From the NCBI GenBank assembly GCA_043228905.1, contig JBHGNT010000021.1, positions 3,286,001 through 3,350,000 of the forward strand: DNA of 64,000 nucleotides, given 5' to 3'. The position numbers were made by a program, and so were the translations under genes. Positions 1 through 14,643 of the stretch are shown in pieces. Source of the DNA: Azolla caroliniana (lineage: Eukaryota; Plantae; Polypodiophyta). Every line of letters begins with the position of its first letter. The stretch's first letter is position 1. The notes beneath the pieces are model-generated. The model worked only from the letters and a program-made list of their open reading frames with translations, made no database searches and had not been told where the DNA came from.

Positions 1-7
1 TATGTGG

Positions 8-390
8 GTCCACAATCATCTTGTTTGCAGTTGCCTTTTTTTACCACCACTATGGTATTGCAAAGGGGGTGGCTAGTTGTTGTGTCTCTGAGATTTCTGC
101 TGCCACTTCTGATGGGTGGATAGATATTTTGCGTGGTATATTCCTACAGATCTCTCATCGGGCCAAAAGCTATGAGAGCATACTCGTATTGATTCAGCTG
201 GTTTGAATGCGGATCCACAATCATCTTGTTTGCAGTTGATGGGCACTTCGTCCTTGGTGCTGCCTTTTTTCGCCACCACTATGGTATTGCAAGGGGAGTG
301 GCTAGTTGTTGTGTCTCTGAGATTTCTGCTGCCACTTCTGATGGGTGGATAGATATTTTGTGCGGTATATTCCTACAGGTCTCTCATCAG
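8..390. repeat. Imperfect direct duplication, period about 205-230 bp
   Basis: TCCACAATCATCTTGTTTGCAGTTG...GGTATATTCCTACAG appears twice; ORF-track peptides at 21 and 226 are near-identical. Confidence 0.85.
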
Positions 391-3300
391 GTTGGTGGTT
401 TCCTTGTACAGCTGTTTTGTCACGTCATGTGGGTGCCAAGCATCGATCATTGGGCCAAGAGGTGGATTTTGGAGGGTATACCATTTTGCCTTTTGACGTA
501 GGTTCCATGAGAGGATGTGGCCATCTGATGTACATGGTATTATGCATACGTAAATATGTCACTGGCTACATGCCACACTTAATCATATTTATTTACTTCT
601 TTTTTGTTTTACATTTGGTCTCTCAATGTCAATTGTTGATTGATTTATTTTCAGTGGCTGACTGTGCATGCAGTACTACCCCAGTTTTGCTAGGTAGAAT
701 ATGATCCCTGTGTGCAAAATGTTGATGAGCGTGCGGCAGGGTTGCCAATTGACTGCTTGTCCTTTTGCTCGCATGCACATGAAGTGTGCCATGTATTGAG
801 TCATTTATTATCCCATGCTGGGCTGCATCCATGTTACTTTTCTTTGACAGCAGTCCTTGGGTTGCAGCACAAGTGGGTATTCATTTACTCTGTTAGGGGT
901 ATTTCGTTGATCACATCTTTATGCTGGCAGTTGACAGGTATTGCACAGGTACATTACTCATAATTCCACACGATGACTTTGGGGATTGTTGCAGGGGTAC
1001 AGTCTCGGTAAAATTGCTAGCATTCCTTTATGATGCATCTGGAAAACACTATATGTGGTTTGATGAGAAGTCTTTGGGGATTGTCACAGGGTACAATCTT
1101 GGCACAATTGCTAGCAGTATACTGTAATTGTGCATCTGGAAGACATTATACATGATTCTATGTGATGGCTTGGGAATTGTCACAGGGGTACAATTGCACC
1201 ACAATTGTTAGTATACTGTTATGGTGCATCTGATGCTGATACTTCCATGCTCTTTTGGAATGACCACCAGACTACTTTGAAAACTTAGACCATTATTGAT
1301 TCATACTTTGAAGAGTCAGGTGGAGTGGGATGCATGAAGTGGTTCTTCCAGGTGGCTAAGGAAAGAAGGCAGGCTTTTTTCAAAGCTTGGGTGTGTAGTA
1401 TTCTCTTTGTTGATTTCAATTTTGGCATTGTTAGTTAACAATATACTTGCCTCATTATCTCTGAGCGATATAGCTGAGTTTCTTGGCTATGTCTTTTGTA
1501 CTTCCCTCAGAACTAGGCCACATAGCGATTTCAAAGGATGTTTGTATATACAAGATATACTGCCAGCAAAAGAGTGATGGAGTTGACAGTATAAGTGCTG
1601 GTGGACAAAGGGCATTTGGAGAAAAAGAAAACTTAGAGGCACTTGGGCAAATGTAGAAAAACTCAGTGATGTTTCAGAGTTTTTCCATGAAATTCGATTT
1701 TGTTCTAAAAAATGATTAATTTTTTCTTTTCTCTCACTTTGACACTGCCTCTTTCTTTCTTTCTTGCTTTCCAAAAGGACTAAATCCTTATTTTTATTCG
1801 ACATACCGCAGCCTCAATGCAAGCTTTCCTCCGTCATCTTGCTGTTGTTTCCTACTTGTTATTTTTTCTTGCAACTTGCCACATCTCTAGTTCATTCCAC
1901 CCTCCTTTTTTGCTTTTTACTCGGTAACATTTGTTTTGGTTTGTTGTTCTCAAAGCCAAGGCAACACTTAAGATGTGATCTCTTGTTTGGTCTTAATTTT
2001 GGCCTCTTTCTTTCTTTTGGTTCTGTCCTAACTTCCAAAACAAGCCCCAAAATATCACTTGGTACGAAGATGGCCCACTACAAGACACTTTTTACACACA
2101 TCAGTTGATGGATTCATCATCAAGCCACCTTATATGGACATACATCTATCCTATGTGCTGCACAGCGTGATAGGGCAGCTGTGAACTTCATCAAAATCAG
2201 TTAGAGATTGTGGTAGAGAGATATACATGAATACCTCCAGAAAGAATTTGCCAATTGTGGCATTAAGGAATGGAATTCAAAGAATTCTATGTTTGTCTGT
2301 AGTGTATTTTAGGAATTCAGAAGGAAATACCAATGCCTCTTTAAACAAGGTTTTGGCCCACTACGCAAGGTTATGGAATATGAGGACCAACAGTGCCTAG
2401 GACTTTTCTTGCTAGAACTCAAGAAACATAGGGAAAAGTTGTTGAAGGACAATAGTACGGCCACACAAGCTCATCCACAAAGAACAATCTCAACTTTCTT
2501 TAGGCATATCACTCCTACTGATGCTACAAGTCAATCAAGGGATACACAAATGGGCTCCCGACCAGGACATAACAAAGGGATTACAATAGATCGGGTAATA
2601 GCAATTTGTCGTCCACGTAGGCCCGGTCCCCATGGACCACGACCTCAACAGCCTTGTCATTGACAAGTAAAGGCCATTATCTCCCGCCATTGCAGGTGCT
2701 TCCCTCGCTTCGGAGACCTCTCCATTCTGGATCGCCCTATGCTAGAGATCTTTCGAAGACAAAAGTTATAATATATCTAGCTTGAGAATCTCACATGTGC
2801 CGAAAACCAGATTCTTTCGTCTCGTTTGATCTTATTTACTTTTATATTCATTGATTAATATTTAGTTTATTATGATTTGTTGTTCTCAAAGACGAGACAA
2901 CACTTAAGATATAGTCTCTTGTTTAGTCTTATAGGCCATTTTGGCCTTTTAAAAGACGTTAATATATCTTTCTTTCTCCCATAGTGCTTCTATATATACA
3001 TGCCATTCCATCTGTCTTTCTTTCTTTTTGAAATGATTAAATCCTTGTTTTGATCTCGACATACCATGGCCTCTATACCAGCTTTTCTTCCTTCCTCTTG
3101 CTGTTGTCTCTCTACTTATTAACTCTTCTTGCAACTTGCTACATCTCTAGTTCATTCCACCTTCGCTTTGGTCCTATCTGCCATAGTGCTTCTGTATGAT
3201 ATATATATATATATATTATATGAGCCTATTTTGGTTCGAAGTTTCAACTTTCAACTCATTATTTCAGGCTGTAACAAGGTGTTTTGGAGGTAAAATATAT

Positions 3301-3939
3301 TCTGGTGACATTGGACTCAAGTATTCTTTCTGTAGTCATCAATAATGACTATCATACACAATGGTGAAGTACAAAATATGGACACATTTTTTCATAGATG
3401 AACATGAGCAAGATAAGTTTGAGGCTTACCATAGTCATGAATATGTTGTGTCCCATTTTAGATCAATATGACCGGGAGAATTTAGGCTTATCATGTCCTA
3501 TTGTAGAGTATTTCTATTTCTAGGTTTTGAGCTTTATCATCACGACACTAGTAACAACATAATGTTTCATCTACCATTCTTCATCCACTTGCTTTGATTA
3601 GTTTTGTGGTGAGTATCCATAATTCAGGTAATCTTCATCCTCTATCTCCAGTGTCCAATGCAACCCGCAATATCTGCACCTACTTTTCAGATAGCTCATG
3701 CAGAAAGAAATATTTAAAGTAACCAAGTACATAAATACTCGAACCTAATTCTGACAAAATACAAGGTATAAAAAGTGGTCCACTTCACTATTGGTAGAAT
3801 GTGTGCTAATAAAATAGGACTCTAAATATCTTGGATTTGATTTTTCGAGTTACTGTTAATGCTAAGAACTCTTAATACTTGGTTAGTTTATGGTCCTTTC
3901 AAGGTTTTGACGTTCATCTATATATTCTGATTGCTGTAG

Positions 3940-6900
3940 TGGAGGGGAAAGTGGCAGGCAGGTATACAGTGCTGCTTGGAAGATTGTCCTGCGCAAACTG
4001 TCAAAGCTATGCCAACATATGGAAGGAAGTCCTATATCGTGGTGTTCTTCCCAAGTAATCGGTCATTTGTATGGACAGATTGGCAACTGGTTTGCTCTAT
4101 TACAGAAAATCCCGAGCCGCTGTCTGTTGGATCACATGAAAGTGGTCGAACTTCAGTTCTTGACTTGAATGCAGCAAAAACATACATGTTACGGAAAATT
4201 ACCACCTTGATGCTAGACATTAGCGATCAACTTCCTATAACAGTTAAGATATTGAAATAAAATGCTGAAATTAACAGCTCTTTTTTTTCGTGTGCAACGT
4301 TCCACATTCAATCTTTCTAAGGTGCTCTTTTCAGGCTGTGGAGGATGGTGCCCGAGATGTGAGCTTTTGGAAGGATTTTGCAAATGCAACAGCAAAATCT
4401 GCCACATATCAAGAACTTGGATCCGCTCTGGTGAAACTTAAAAGTGTAAGCATGTCGAAGCACAGTTGGCTGATGCAGGCCACCCATCTTGGCACTTTGG
4501 GATTTAGTATATTTTGAATGTATTCTCAATTTGAGCTTTTGTTTCTTGGCATGTGTAGATGCCTCCACATTTGTTTTTTCACCACTGTATATACCTTGAT
4601 TAAATTGTTTTGTCATTGTTTTATGGTATACATATCAGCATTCTTACAAGTGATCATTCACTTAAGCCACGTATGTGTATTTAGAGAATACGCATACCTT
4701 TCTATCTTCTCACTCTCTTGCACTCTTGATTATAGTGCCTGTTTGCTTGTTGAGCATTCGATAATGATGGATTTTCATAGAAAACATCTAATGCATACTA
4801 TAAATGATGGCTTCATACTTTTGCCCTGCTACATAGGTTCTTGTCTATGGGTTTGCTGTATCAGCTGGGGGATATATAGAGGCATACCTAGAGAAGAGCA
4901 CCATTGGCGATAGTGATCATGCTTGACTGACTACCTTGTTATAGAGGATATTGATGTCATTCTTGAAAAACCCATATGAAACTCCCATAGATCTATGTAA
5001 CTTTATTTCATCTCATGTCTCTTTGGCAGATCTCCCTGGATGTAACTTATTACACTGTTTTTTCTTCCTCATTTTATGCTGTTGAATATTTTATCAGATC
5101 TTTCTGTAACTTGTTTGGCCTCATAGGTCATTTTTTTGCTTTTTGAAAGCTATAACATCTCTCCACTGAGTGAGAAACATGTCTGGAAAAGGTCAGGATG
5201 GCCTGTAAGACCTAAGTTATCAAACCACAATGTAATGGACGATACAAATGCCAGATTGAAAGTCTGAAGAAAATCCTAGTAAGAATCCTAAATCTAAGCA
5301 TGTCGATATGATGTATAAATGTGGTAATCCATGCAGAAATATCACAATGAGTAATGCATATGCCATCCCATAAACTGACAAGTAAGTTGTGTGGCAGTGG
5401 TTGATGGTATCCTTCATTTCCCAAAGTTGCCACCTTCAGTATGGATATGCATAGAGTGTCCTAGCTGGAGGTCTGTATCAAGTAGTATCCCTCATGGGTG
5501 AGGGATTTGTTGTGCGACTACTTGACGTCCTAACTGGAGGTCTGTATCAATAGTATCACTTATCGGCGAGGGAACCGTTGTGCTGCTACTTTACGTCCTA
5601 GCTGGAGGTCTGTATCAAGTAGTATCCCTTGAGGGCAAGGGAATTGCTGTGCTACTACTTGACGTCCTGAGTGATGTGTGCATGTAGAGATCTGTAATGA
5701 TTGATGCAAGAATGTTTCTTTCCGAATGCTCCATTTTTTATGGGAGCGGCAGTCAAGGTCCACATATTTTAGGGCACAAGATTGATGCTTATCATTTTTG
5801 ATGTGCCTCTCAAAGCTTTTTATAAGGCAGGCTATATAAAAACTTATGCTTATGGTAATGGAAAAAATAATTAAAAGCTATCCGACAAATGCCTTTGGTT
5901 GCAAATATCAATCTTCAGTGATAGATATAAATGCATACTGAGTGCTACATGCCATCAGAAATTTGAAATTATATTTACTGTATTTCATTCAATCAGCACA
6001 TAGTTTCCAAATTTTGTGATTACTTTGTTTTAACATGTAAACGCATTAGTTAACTTCTATTTTGCAAGAAATTTATGTGCCATTCTGGACTAGATTTTGA
6101 TTGTGGAGGATTTTTTACCTCAGATGATTTTGTCGTCCTTAATCAAAGAAGATTGGATTAATACTTGTAGTCTAGAGTGGGAACACCAATGTAGGAATGC
6201 GGATACAGCTGGTTCCTTAGAGATGCTTGTGAAGGTTAGAATTGACCTTTGTTTATATCATGATCCAGTTTTTATGTTTGTACCCATAAAAAATTTGTGA
6301 TCTTTTCTGGTTTCACTAGGAGTTAAAGACTGCAATATGCTGGAATGAAGTGGGTAAACTTTGGGATGACTTGGAGCAAGGAAATTTGGGTTCTGAGTGG
6401 AAATCATGGAAAGCAAGCTCCCACCATGATGGATCAAATCGAGGAAAGGCATGGTATTCCTCTTTTAGCGTTACTGGCCATAGAAGGAAATTCGATGCAT
6501 TAAATTGTTTACACGAGGGGAGTGAGGGACATGGTGGATCAGGAGATATAGGTAATGCAGACTCTGAACAAGACAGCAGGCGAGTGAAATTGCAGCATGG
6601 GATGCCATTGAAGCTTGAAGCTAGGAAGAATCTTGACATGTCCTCCTCATTAGATGTGATTGTTAAATCTGATAATGGAGTTTCTGAGACCAAGATTGTA
6701 CGTAGATCATCTCAATGCTTGGCTTTCTCTGACAGAAAGGGCAGACAATGTAACAGGTATCCTAAAGAGGGATCTGTATATTGTTGTGTGCATGTGCCTT
6801 CCAGTTGTAAGGAGGGATTGACTCATGCCACAGAACAGAAGAAGGGTAAGCTTCTCATATCCCACTCAGTTGAGGATGATGCAGATGGGGTGATCTGCAG

Positions 6901-9900
6901 TGGTATGACAAAGTATGGAAGAAGATGCAGTCATAAGGCAAGGAATGGCTCTGTCTTTTGTTTAAAGCACATGCTACGAGACTTGGAGAAACCTGGCAAA
7001 AAGGTTACAGAAAAATCTGAATGTGGTGTTGTTGAGTCCAACATTGGTACACAGCATGATGTTTTAAAACAAGAAAAGGGAGAAAATTCTTCAATTGTCG
7101 TTAATGGCCATCAAAAGACATTTGATGCATCCAATTGTTCTCCTGATAGGAATGAGCAATATGGTGAGTCAGGTGATGAAGGTAATGCCTACTGTGGACA
7201 AAATAGCAAGCGACAGAAATTGGAGCAGCAGTTGGTATTGTATTCACCGAATCCATTGAAAGCCACGTCAGTGCAGTGTGAAACAATTTCCAAGGCCCAA
7301 AATTTGGATATGAAGTCAGACAATGGCACAGGTGTTGTTGAGGTCAAGAATGTGCGTAGATCATCTCAGTGCATGGCTTTTTCTGATAGAAAGGGCAGAC
7401 AATGCAACAGGTATCCTAAAGAAGGATCTGTATATTGTTGTGTACATATTCCTTCTGGTTCTAAAGAGGGACTGTCTAATACTGAAGAGCAGAAGAATGG
7501 TAAGTTTCCAATCTCTCACTCATGTGAGGATGATTCACATGGAATGGCTTGCAGTGGGTTGACAAGGTATGGAAGAAGATGCACTCATAAGGCAAGGAAT
7601 GGTTCTGTCTTCTGTCTAAAGCACATGCTACGAGATGTTGAGGAACCAGTAAAACAGGATAGTGAAAAAACGGTAATACTCTCCTTGGCGGCTGTTACAA
7701 AGTCCAAAATTGGTGCAATGTCAGAACATAATATTTCCAGCCACAAACGAAAAATTGAACAAGCTGATCCAGGCCAAGTTAGTTCATCTCTGCATGAAAC
7801 GTCAAATTATGTACCAAATATGGTTGCCCGAAATGGTGAGTCAACACAGTGCATTGGTTTGTGTGGTAGTGGTGTTCGATGTTCCCATCGTGCAAAACCA
7901 GGATTCCCATACTGTGAGAAACATGTACCAGGTTTATCTCCGTATGCTAATAGGGGCCAGGAAAAATCATATTCTAAAGATATTTCTGGCAGAATTCCAA
8001 TTAGGAAGGATGAATTTAGCATCTCACGACTGAAGGGCATAGTTCACGATTATGTTAGAGCACGATTATCTAATGAGGAAGCTCAAAGTAGCCAGCATGC
8101 AAAGTCAAAGCAGAAAATTATTGACATGGTTCTCAAGGAAGTTTCTGGAAATCTAAAAGCATCGGAATCATTGTATGATATAGTTACTGGTGAAATGGAG
8201 AACTTGAAAAAACTCTTGGAGGAAAAAGATGCCTTACAAGTGGAGAATTGTCTTGTTCCTTCAACAGGATCTGTAGAACATACAACCAACTCTGTGATAG
8301 GAATAGGTGGAGATAAGTCCATTGAGCAGCTCTCGAATGTTGATTTGCTGAAACAAGTTAGTACAGCACCTAATGGCCACATTTCAAGGTATAGATGTAA
8401 GCTTTGCGCACAAGAATTTCTCGATCTTGTTGTGTTAGGTGAACATTGGCGAGGTTATCATAAGAAAGAAGCGCAACAGTATTTTAGAGGATATACTTGC
8501 CAGTTTTGTAATCACCCATTCACAAATAAGAAAGCTCTGTATAGGCATAGGAATGCACGCCATTCTGACATGATAACTCAAACCAAGTCATCTCTTCTAG
8601 CACCATGTATCATTTGCAATGCACAGTTTCTAAACTTTGAAGACCTATGGAAACATGTGATTTGCAGTCATCCTGATCAACTTTGTGCCTTCTGGCCTGT
8701 GACAGATCCATCTTCAGATTTGATAAATGGGCCAGTCCAATGGCAACCATCAGGATTGGAAATTGTTAATGTAGACCATGAAAAACACACACAGATTGCT
8801 CATGAAAAGAATAAGGACCCTGCTACCCTAGGAACTATAGAAGCGCCTTCTGACACTACAACTGAAATGAGGTACAAATGCAAAATTTGTGGCCTTAAGT
8901 TTCCTCTTCTTCCAGATTTGGGACGACATCATCAAGCTCAACACAAGCCTGCCACATCCATACAATTGAATGAAGCGTCTTTTTCCCCAGGGATGTCCGA
9001 AGAGTTGAAACCAGGGGTACCGTTGGAAAAAGAAAAGAAAAGAAAGGCCCAAAAACTTAATATACGAAGGGCACCCGTTGTGAAAGATAAAGCTGAAGCA
9101 CAAATAGTTACTCAGAATGTTAGGAATTGGACTATGGAAGAGATAGAGGGCCACACTGGGGTGAAGTTTGAAAGTTTTCCGAGTAATGAAGATATTCTTA
9201 CTGTTGCAAGATCTGCATGTTGTAAGAACCGTCTTTACAGTGTTCTGGAGAAAAAGTATGCTTCCTTACCAGATCGTTTGGCTTTCAAAGCAGCCAAAAT
9301 CTGCAGTGAGGCCAATGTAAAGTTGCAATTTTATCAGGAGGGATATGTTTGTCCCAACAGTTGCAAGGAGATTTCCTTGTCAACGGATGTAAAAGCAAGT
9401 GTTGAAAGATTATCAAATGCAAATTTATTGTCCCAGCAATCACAGTTTAATCCTGCTCATATAAACTATACATCTGCTTTGACAAGCAACAACATTGTAT
9501 TAGATGAAAGTCATGTAGTATTTACAACTGTCTCTGCCACAACCGTAAGTGACAATTCTTGCAGTAAAATGATTCTTTGCGAAGATCTAAGTTTCGGAAA
9601 AGAACGGATGCCAATTCCATGTGTGCTAGATAGAGATGTAATGGGAGAATGCGATTGTCCCATGTGTACTGAGAATCCAAGTGGACATTTGGAGACACTC
9701 ACACCATGGCTTCATTTTTCTTATGTTACAAAAAGGACACTAGATCCATCCCTGGAGATTGATACAGAGGTCTGCACCTTTTATGTCTGTCTTTATTTTT
9801 TTATTTAACCAAGATTGAAATGATTAAGTACAAATTTTATCAGCGCAGAGCTCACGCTTGGGTTGTAGCTGCCCAGAACATCAATGTCAGCCTGACAAAT

Positions 9901-11932
9901 GTGAGCATGTATACCTCTTTGACAACGATAACACTGATGCAGAGGATATATACTGTAGGCCAATGGCTAGAAGGTTCCCTTATGATAACAAGGGCTGCAT
10001 CATCTTACAGGTAGGTTTTAAGCTAATCTTCTGTTTTAAAGTTTTTGGTTACTTTTGTGCATATGGTCATTCATTCCTTGTTTTATTCTTTGATCTCAGG
10101 AACGATATCTGGTCTATGAATGCAATTCTCTATGTAGTTGTAGTGAACTTTGCCAAAACCGGGTATTACAGAAGGGTGTACAAGTGAAATTGGAAGTTTA
10201 TAAGACTAGACATAAGGTCGTTGAACCCCCCTTATTCTGCTTGCACATTAACTCTGCATGTTGAATTTAGTCTCAATATTTCTCCATTGTTCAAGCGCAG
10301 GGATGGGCAGTGAGGGCTGCACAGCATATTCCACGGGGAACTTTTGTTTGTGAATACATTGGGGAAGTCCTTGATGATTTTGAGGCAAATCGAAGAGGCG
10401 AGAGGTATATCTCAACTTTATATTCTTGTATTCATAAAAATGTTTTATGTGAGGAAACACTGTTTTGTGAAACTGTTTTTTGCTAAGTAAAATTTGGAAA
10501 TTTTTTGTGCATCCCTGGAAACCACATTAAACTGTCTTCCTCAGGTGCATGAGTATATTTCGCTATTATGATACGATAAATCAAATTAGAGTATTTTTGG
10601 AGATGATTATCTCCTTCGTTTTCTCATAACCTAGGCCTGGAAAACTATCTTTTTTCTTCCATAAGAGTAAAATGTATGATGTCTCTTTCCCTAAGATCGT
10701 GGAATGCATCTGGTGGTTCTATGAATATTCGCCCAATGATGTGTCATAATTCTGAAAGAAATACTTATCTGAAACTCTCTGTGACAAACAAGGTATGATA
10801 AAGAAGGATGCAGTTACCTGTATGATATTGATGCTCATATTCACATCGGTCGCCGGGGAAGGCCAAAACCATTTGTCATTGATGCAACAAAGTTTGGGAA
10901 TGTGTCTCGGTTTATCAACCACAGGTAATTCATGGGAAAAACATTAATCCAGAACGAAGTAGTTTAGTCTTATTCATCAGGTTTAGTTTTATTTGTTGTT
11001 CTGATACCAACCTTGTGGAACAAATTTCATCCTCAGCTGCTCTCCAAATTTGGTGAATTATCAAGTGTTGGTGGAGAGCATGGATTGTCAACTTGCGCAC
11101 ATCGGTCTATACGCAACACGTGATGTAAGTGCAGATTGGCTCCTATCTTTGCTTCACATTTTTGTGTTTCTTTAATCTTGGGAAAATAAAAATGCAAGCA
11201 TACATGCATGTTGTGAAACTCATGCATGCAAACAAAGAAAACACTGTTAAATTTGATTGATTTAACTCTGGAATGCAACCAACCAGGCATTGGATTCCAT
11301 CTTCTATCACCCACTTGATTTAGTTCTCTCTTGTGAATGTGCATGGAAATTATTCCTATTCATATGTTATAGCAAGAACCGTCTTTAGGAAAAGCAGGAA
11401 TCTTGGTTGGCCATGTATATTACACATTAATCACTATCCAACTCAGCTTATTATGACTCATCTGCCATGTATATTCCTTGTATTGAGTGATTAGAATTGT
11501 CTAATTGTCGATATCAAGTAGTCAAGTTTCATTTAATACTTGTAATTTGTAAATATCTTTACTATTTATTATGTGATTTTGATCGATTCATTAAGCTAAC
11601 ATTATGGTCTACCTAAGCCTTACACTCTAAATCTCAAACCTGAAACCCAAGCTTATTATGACTTCATCCACCTTGGTATTTCCTTATATTGAGTGATTAT
11701 TTATACTCTTCACAAATGTCAAAATTCCATTCAATATACAATAAGTTCTTTTTCATGCAATTGGGATTGTTATATATTGTAAATATGAATATATATTGTC
11801 TTCATACTACCCTTACTATGACAGATCAATATTGGCGAGGAGCTGGCATATGACTATCGCTATAAACTCTTACCTGGGAGAGGCTGTCCGTGTCATTGTG
11901 GAGCCAAGGATTGTCGTGGGAGGCTCTATTGA
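3940..11932 (+). CDS. SUVR5: SUVR5-like histone-lysine N-methyltransferase (CCCH and C2H2 zinc fingers, pre-SET/SET/post-SET), 5'-partial. Exons 3940-4242, 4335-4445, 6124-6234, 6320-9769, 9849-10010, 10100-10216, 10301-10404, 10793-10924, 11037-11124, 11825-11932
   Basis: GT-AG exons join in frame. N-terminal [11 protein letters not shown]...MPTYGRKSY motif as in plant SUVR5; C2H2 fingers ([28 protein letters not shown]); pre-SET ([12 protein letters not shown]); SET ([30 protein letters not shown]); post-[16 protein letters not shown] then TGA at 11930-11932. Start exon not located. Confidence 0.93.
5458..5669. repeat. Intronic tandem repeat of about 70 bp, three copies
   Basis: GTCCTAGCTGGAGGTCTGTATCAAGTAGTATC near 5458, 5527 and 5596. 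Confidence 0.85.
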
Positions 11933-12728
11933 GTTTCTCACTCCTCTCTTTCCTTTATTGTGTACATTACGAGAATATATGGTGATTTCCCACTTGCTCA
12001 ACTGGAGATCCCGACAAAGGCTTTTTCACTTACACCACAGGTTCTATGCATGCATCTGTCTATGCATTTTGTCTACTTAAATTTTTGTTGCAATGTTCCA
12101 TCTCGTAAGGAAAAGAGCATATATACTCTCTATCCATTGTCTATTCCCTACGTATATATGGTACATATCATGGTTCTCTATCTCAATCAACTCAGCCTTC
12201 TGTATATATTGTTTCTGATTTTCGGCCACTCTTTTTTTCCCTTTGCTATGTAATAATGTCTGCTGTTGTTGATTGAAGAATCATGTACTACCTTTTTTCC
12301 AGATTTTGGATGATTGAAACAAAATGAAGATTATGCATATGTCAGTTAAAAAAATGATTGGGTGTTTTGTTTAAACCTAATTTGGTCATGTAACAAAAAT
12401 CTAACTTTATTCTTATTGTTTGCCTCAGAGCCATCTCTCATTCGTCATCTTTGAATTGTCATGCAGTGAAATAAGGTGTAGAGGAACATTGCCTCGGATC
12501 ATATTGTTGTGCCTTCTTAATATATATATATATATATATACCTATATAGGGTCACATATTGTTACCTAGATGTTGCTCATGTACAAACATTGTATTTTCT
12601 ACCTTTGTTCACTATTGTGAATCGATAACTATCCAAAGCATTTACTTAGCCCTTCTGAATTCACACAATATATGTGCAAATTTTTCGAGATGGATGGTGT
12701 TTTTGGAGAGCTTGTGTATTGAAGTGTT

Positions 12729-12764
<36 letters not shown>

Positions 12765-14430
12765 TCTTGAAATGAGGTGAAATGTAGATCCAAACTTTGC
12801 CAAAGCTTTATGCCTATGACTATGATAGAAAGAGTAAATTGTGTTTTCAAAATTATGGTTTGTGCATGTGCTCTCGAGACAATGGTCCAACTCATGGTGT
12901 GAGTGGCAAATAAGGAAATTTTGTGACCATGGAAGTTTCGACTCTGTTCAGTCCCATTGCAGAAGATTGTTGTGAGTTGCATGTAACGAATTTTGTGTAG
13001 GTGTCTTGATTCCTCTTGGACTTCCCTTGTCCTTAAGATTTCTCAGTTCCATTGTGGTAGCGGGCAGATGCCATTAGTTTATGGATACGTATCAATTCTT
13101 CAAATTTTCCACATATAGTGGTGACATAGAGATATGAACTTTGTCTACCTAGTGATTTTTCTGGACTTAAGAGGGTTCAACCAACCTCACCTGAAAGTGT
13201 ACCATGTACTTTGGATCTCTTGTATTGCATTGATTCGTTATTCTTCGCATGGTCTACAAGGATCTATTGAGGTTTCAAGGTCTTTATGGGTGAGTTGTCA
13301 ATCCTTGAACCCACATACCCTAGTAGACTATTATAGTAAGTCATGACTCTTCACAACTGAAGATAATAAGGTATATGTTTTCTAGTTATCTTAGTATATG
13401 ATAAAGTCTTGATGTGAATGGGCCTTAGATGCTACATTGGCAAAGGATGCACTAGGATGCAATTTTAAGCACATATACATACCAAGGGGCAGGTAACATA
13501 TGGGAACATTGTATATGGATACCAATTTGAAGATAGAAACTACATCGATGTACCATATGGGCACTTTTATTTGAAGTAATAGTGTTTTAGTACCACATCA
13601 CATTATAATCTTGAAGAACATTGCCCAATTAATTGCTGTAATGGCTATTGCATAACAATTTCATTCAATCATAGCATAGTAACTTTGAAGATAAACGTGT
13701 GAAGAAAGTCCACATGTTGACTTTCCACTAAAAGACATGTTAGTATCTTTAGTTGGTATTTTGATTTTGATAATAAGGATTTTGTACATGAGGATCCCCG
13801 TTTAGAACTAAATGGCATCTTAACATATTGTTTATTGTACTATCATCAGCCTTACTTGCTTCATAATATACCCCCACACGTAGATACACACTTGTCTTGT
13901 GATTTGGAACGTGGTAATGGTGAATTATGCTTCACAACACACCTTTTGGGGATAGATATGTACATGCAACTTACACACCATTTTTGTATAGAGAAGACTT
14001 GAGATTAAATATTCCAAATATGGAGTTTTTTTTAACACTTTCATCTTGTCTTCTATGATTGCGTAATCTCTCCAAATTCTCACAATCAATGTTGTCAAGG
14101 TAATTGAAGAAAACTATATAATGATGATTACACAATTGAAAGAAAAAGAAACACCAATTGTTACATTTAGAGAATTTGATATACAATAGTCCATTATAGG
14201 AGTCTTTTCCACTCAACGGGCCTAATTACGTTCGCTCTTGATCTCCTATATACTATCCCATGAAGATTAAAAAATTTAAACATCTATGACATTTTAAGTA
14301 GTGATCATAATGCATATGGATATTTAAAACATATCTAAAACCTAAAACCCGAACAAAGCAACCAAAATGAAACAACAAAGAGAAAAAGCAAAAGGCAAAA
14401 GGCAAAAAGCAGAAAAACAGACGCCCGAGG

Positions 14431-14480
14431 GCTTCCCGCCAAAATAATTCCCGCGGGTCGGCCTTTTTCCCGCCAAAAAA
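14431..14480. promoter_or_regulatory. Cluster of E2F-type sites upstream of the RNR small subunit gene
   Basis: TTCCCGCCAAAA at 14433, ATTCCCGCGG at 14447 and TTTTCCCGCCAAAA at 14465 match the plant E2F consensus WTTSSCSS on one strand or the other. RNR genes are known E2F targets. Confidence 0.75.
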
Positions 14481-14608
14481 AGCGTTAGGGGAGTACCCCC
14501 TCAACCTCCTCACTAACAAAAGAAAAACTAAAAATAAAAAGGATCGAGAGAGTAAGGAAGAGCTGTCTGATCTCCCGCCTCAAGCCACACTCCCTGAATT
14601 AGGGTTCC

Positions 14609-14643
<35 letters not shown>

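Noticed and set aside
2373-2663. 96-aa ORF as the missing first SUVR5 exon
   Set aside because: No recognisable SUVR5 similarity and no convincing splice donor linking it to 3940.
6350-9808. 1152-aa ORF as a stand-alone gene
   Set aside because: It is one large internal exon (6320-9769) of the SUVR5-like gene; the ORF-track start is a GTG inside the exon.
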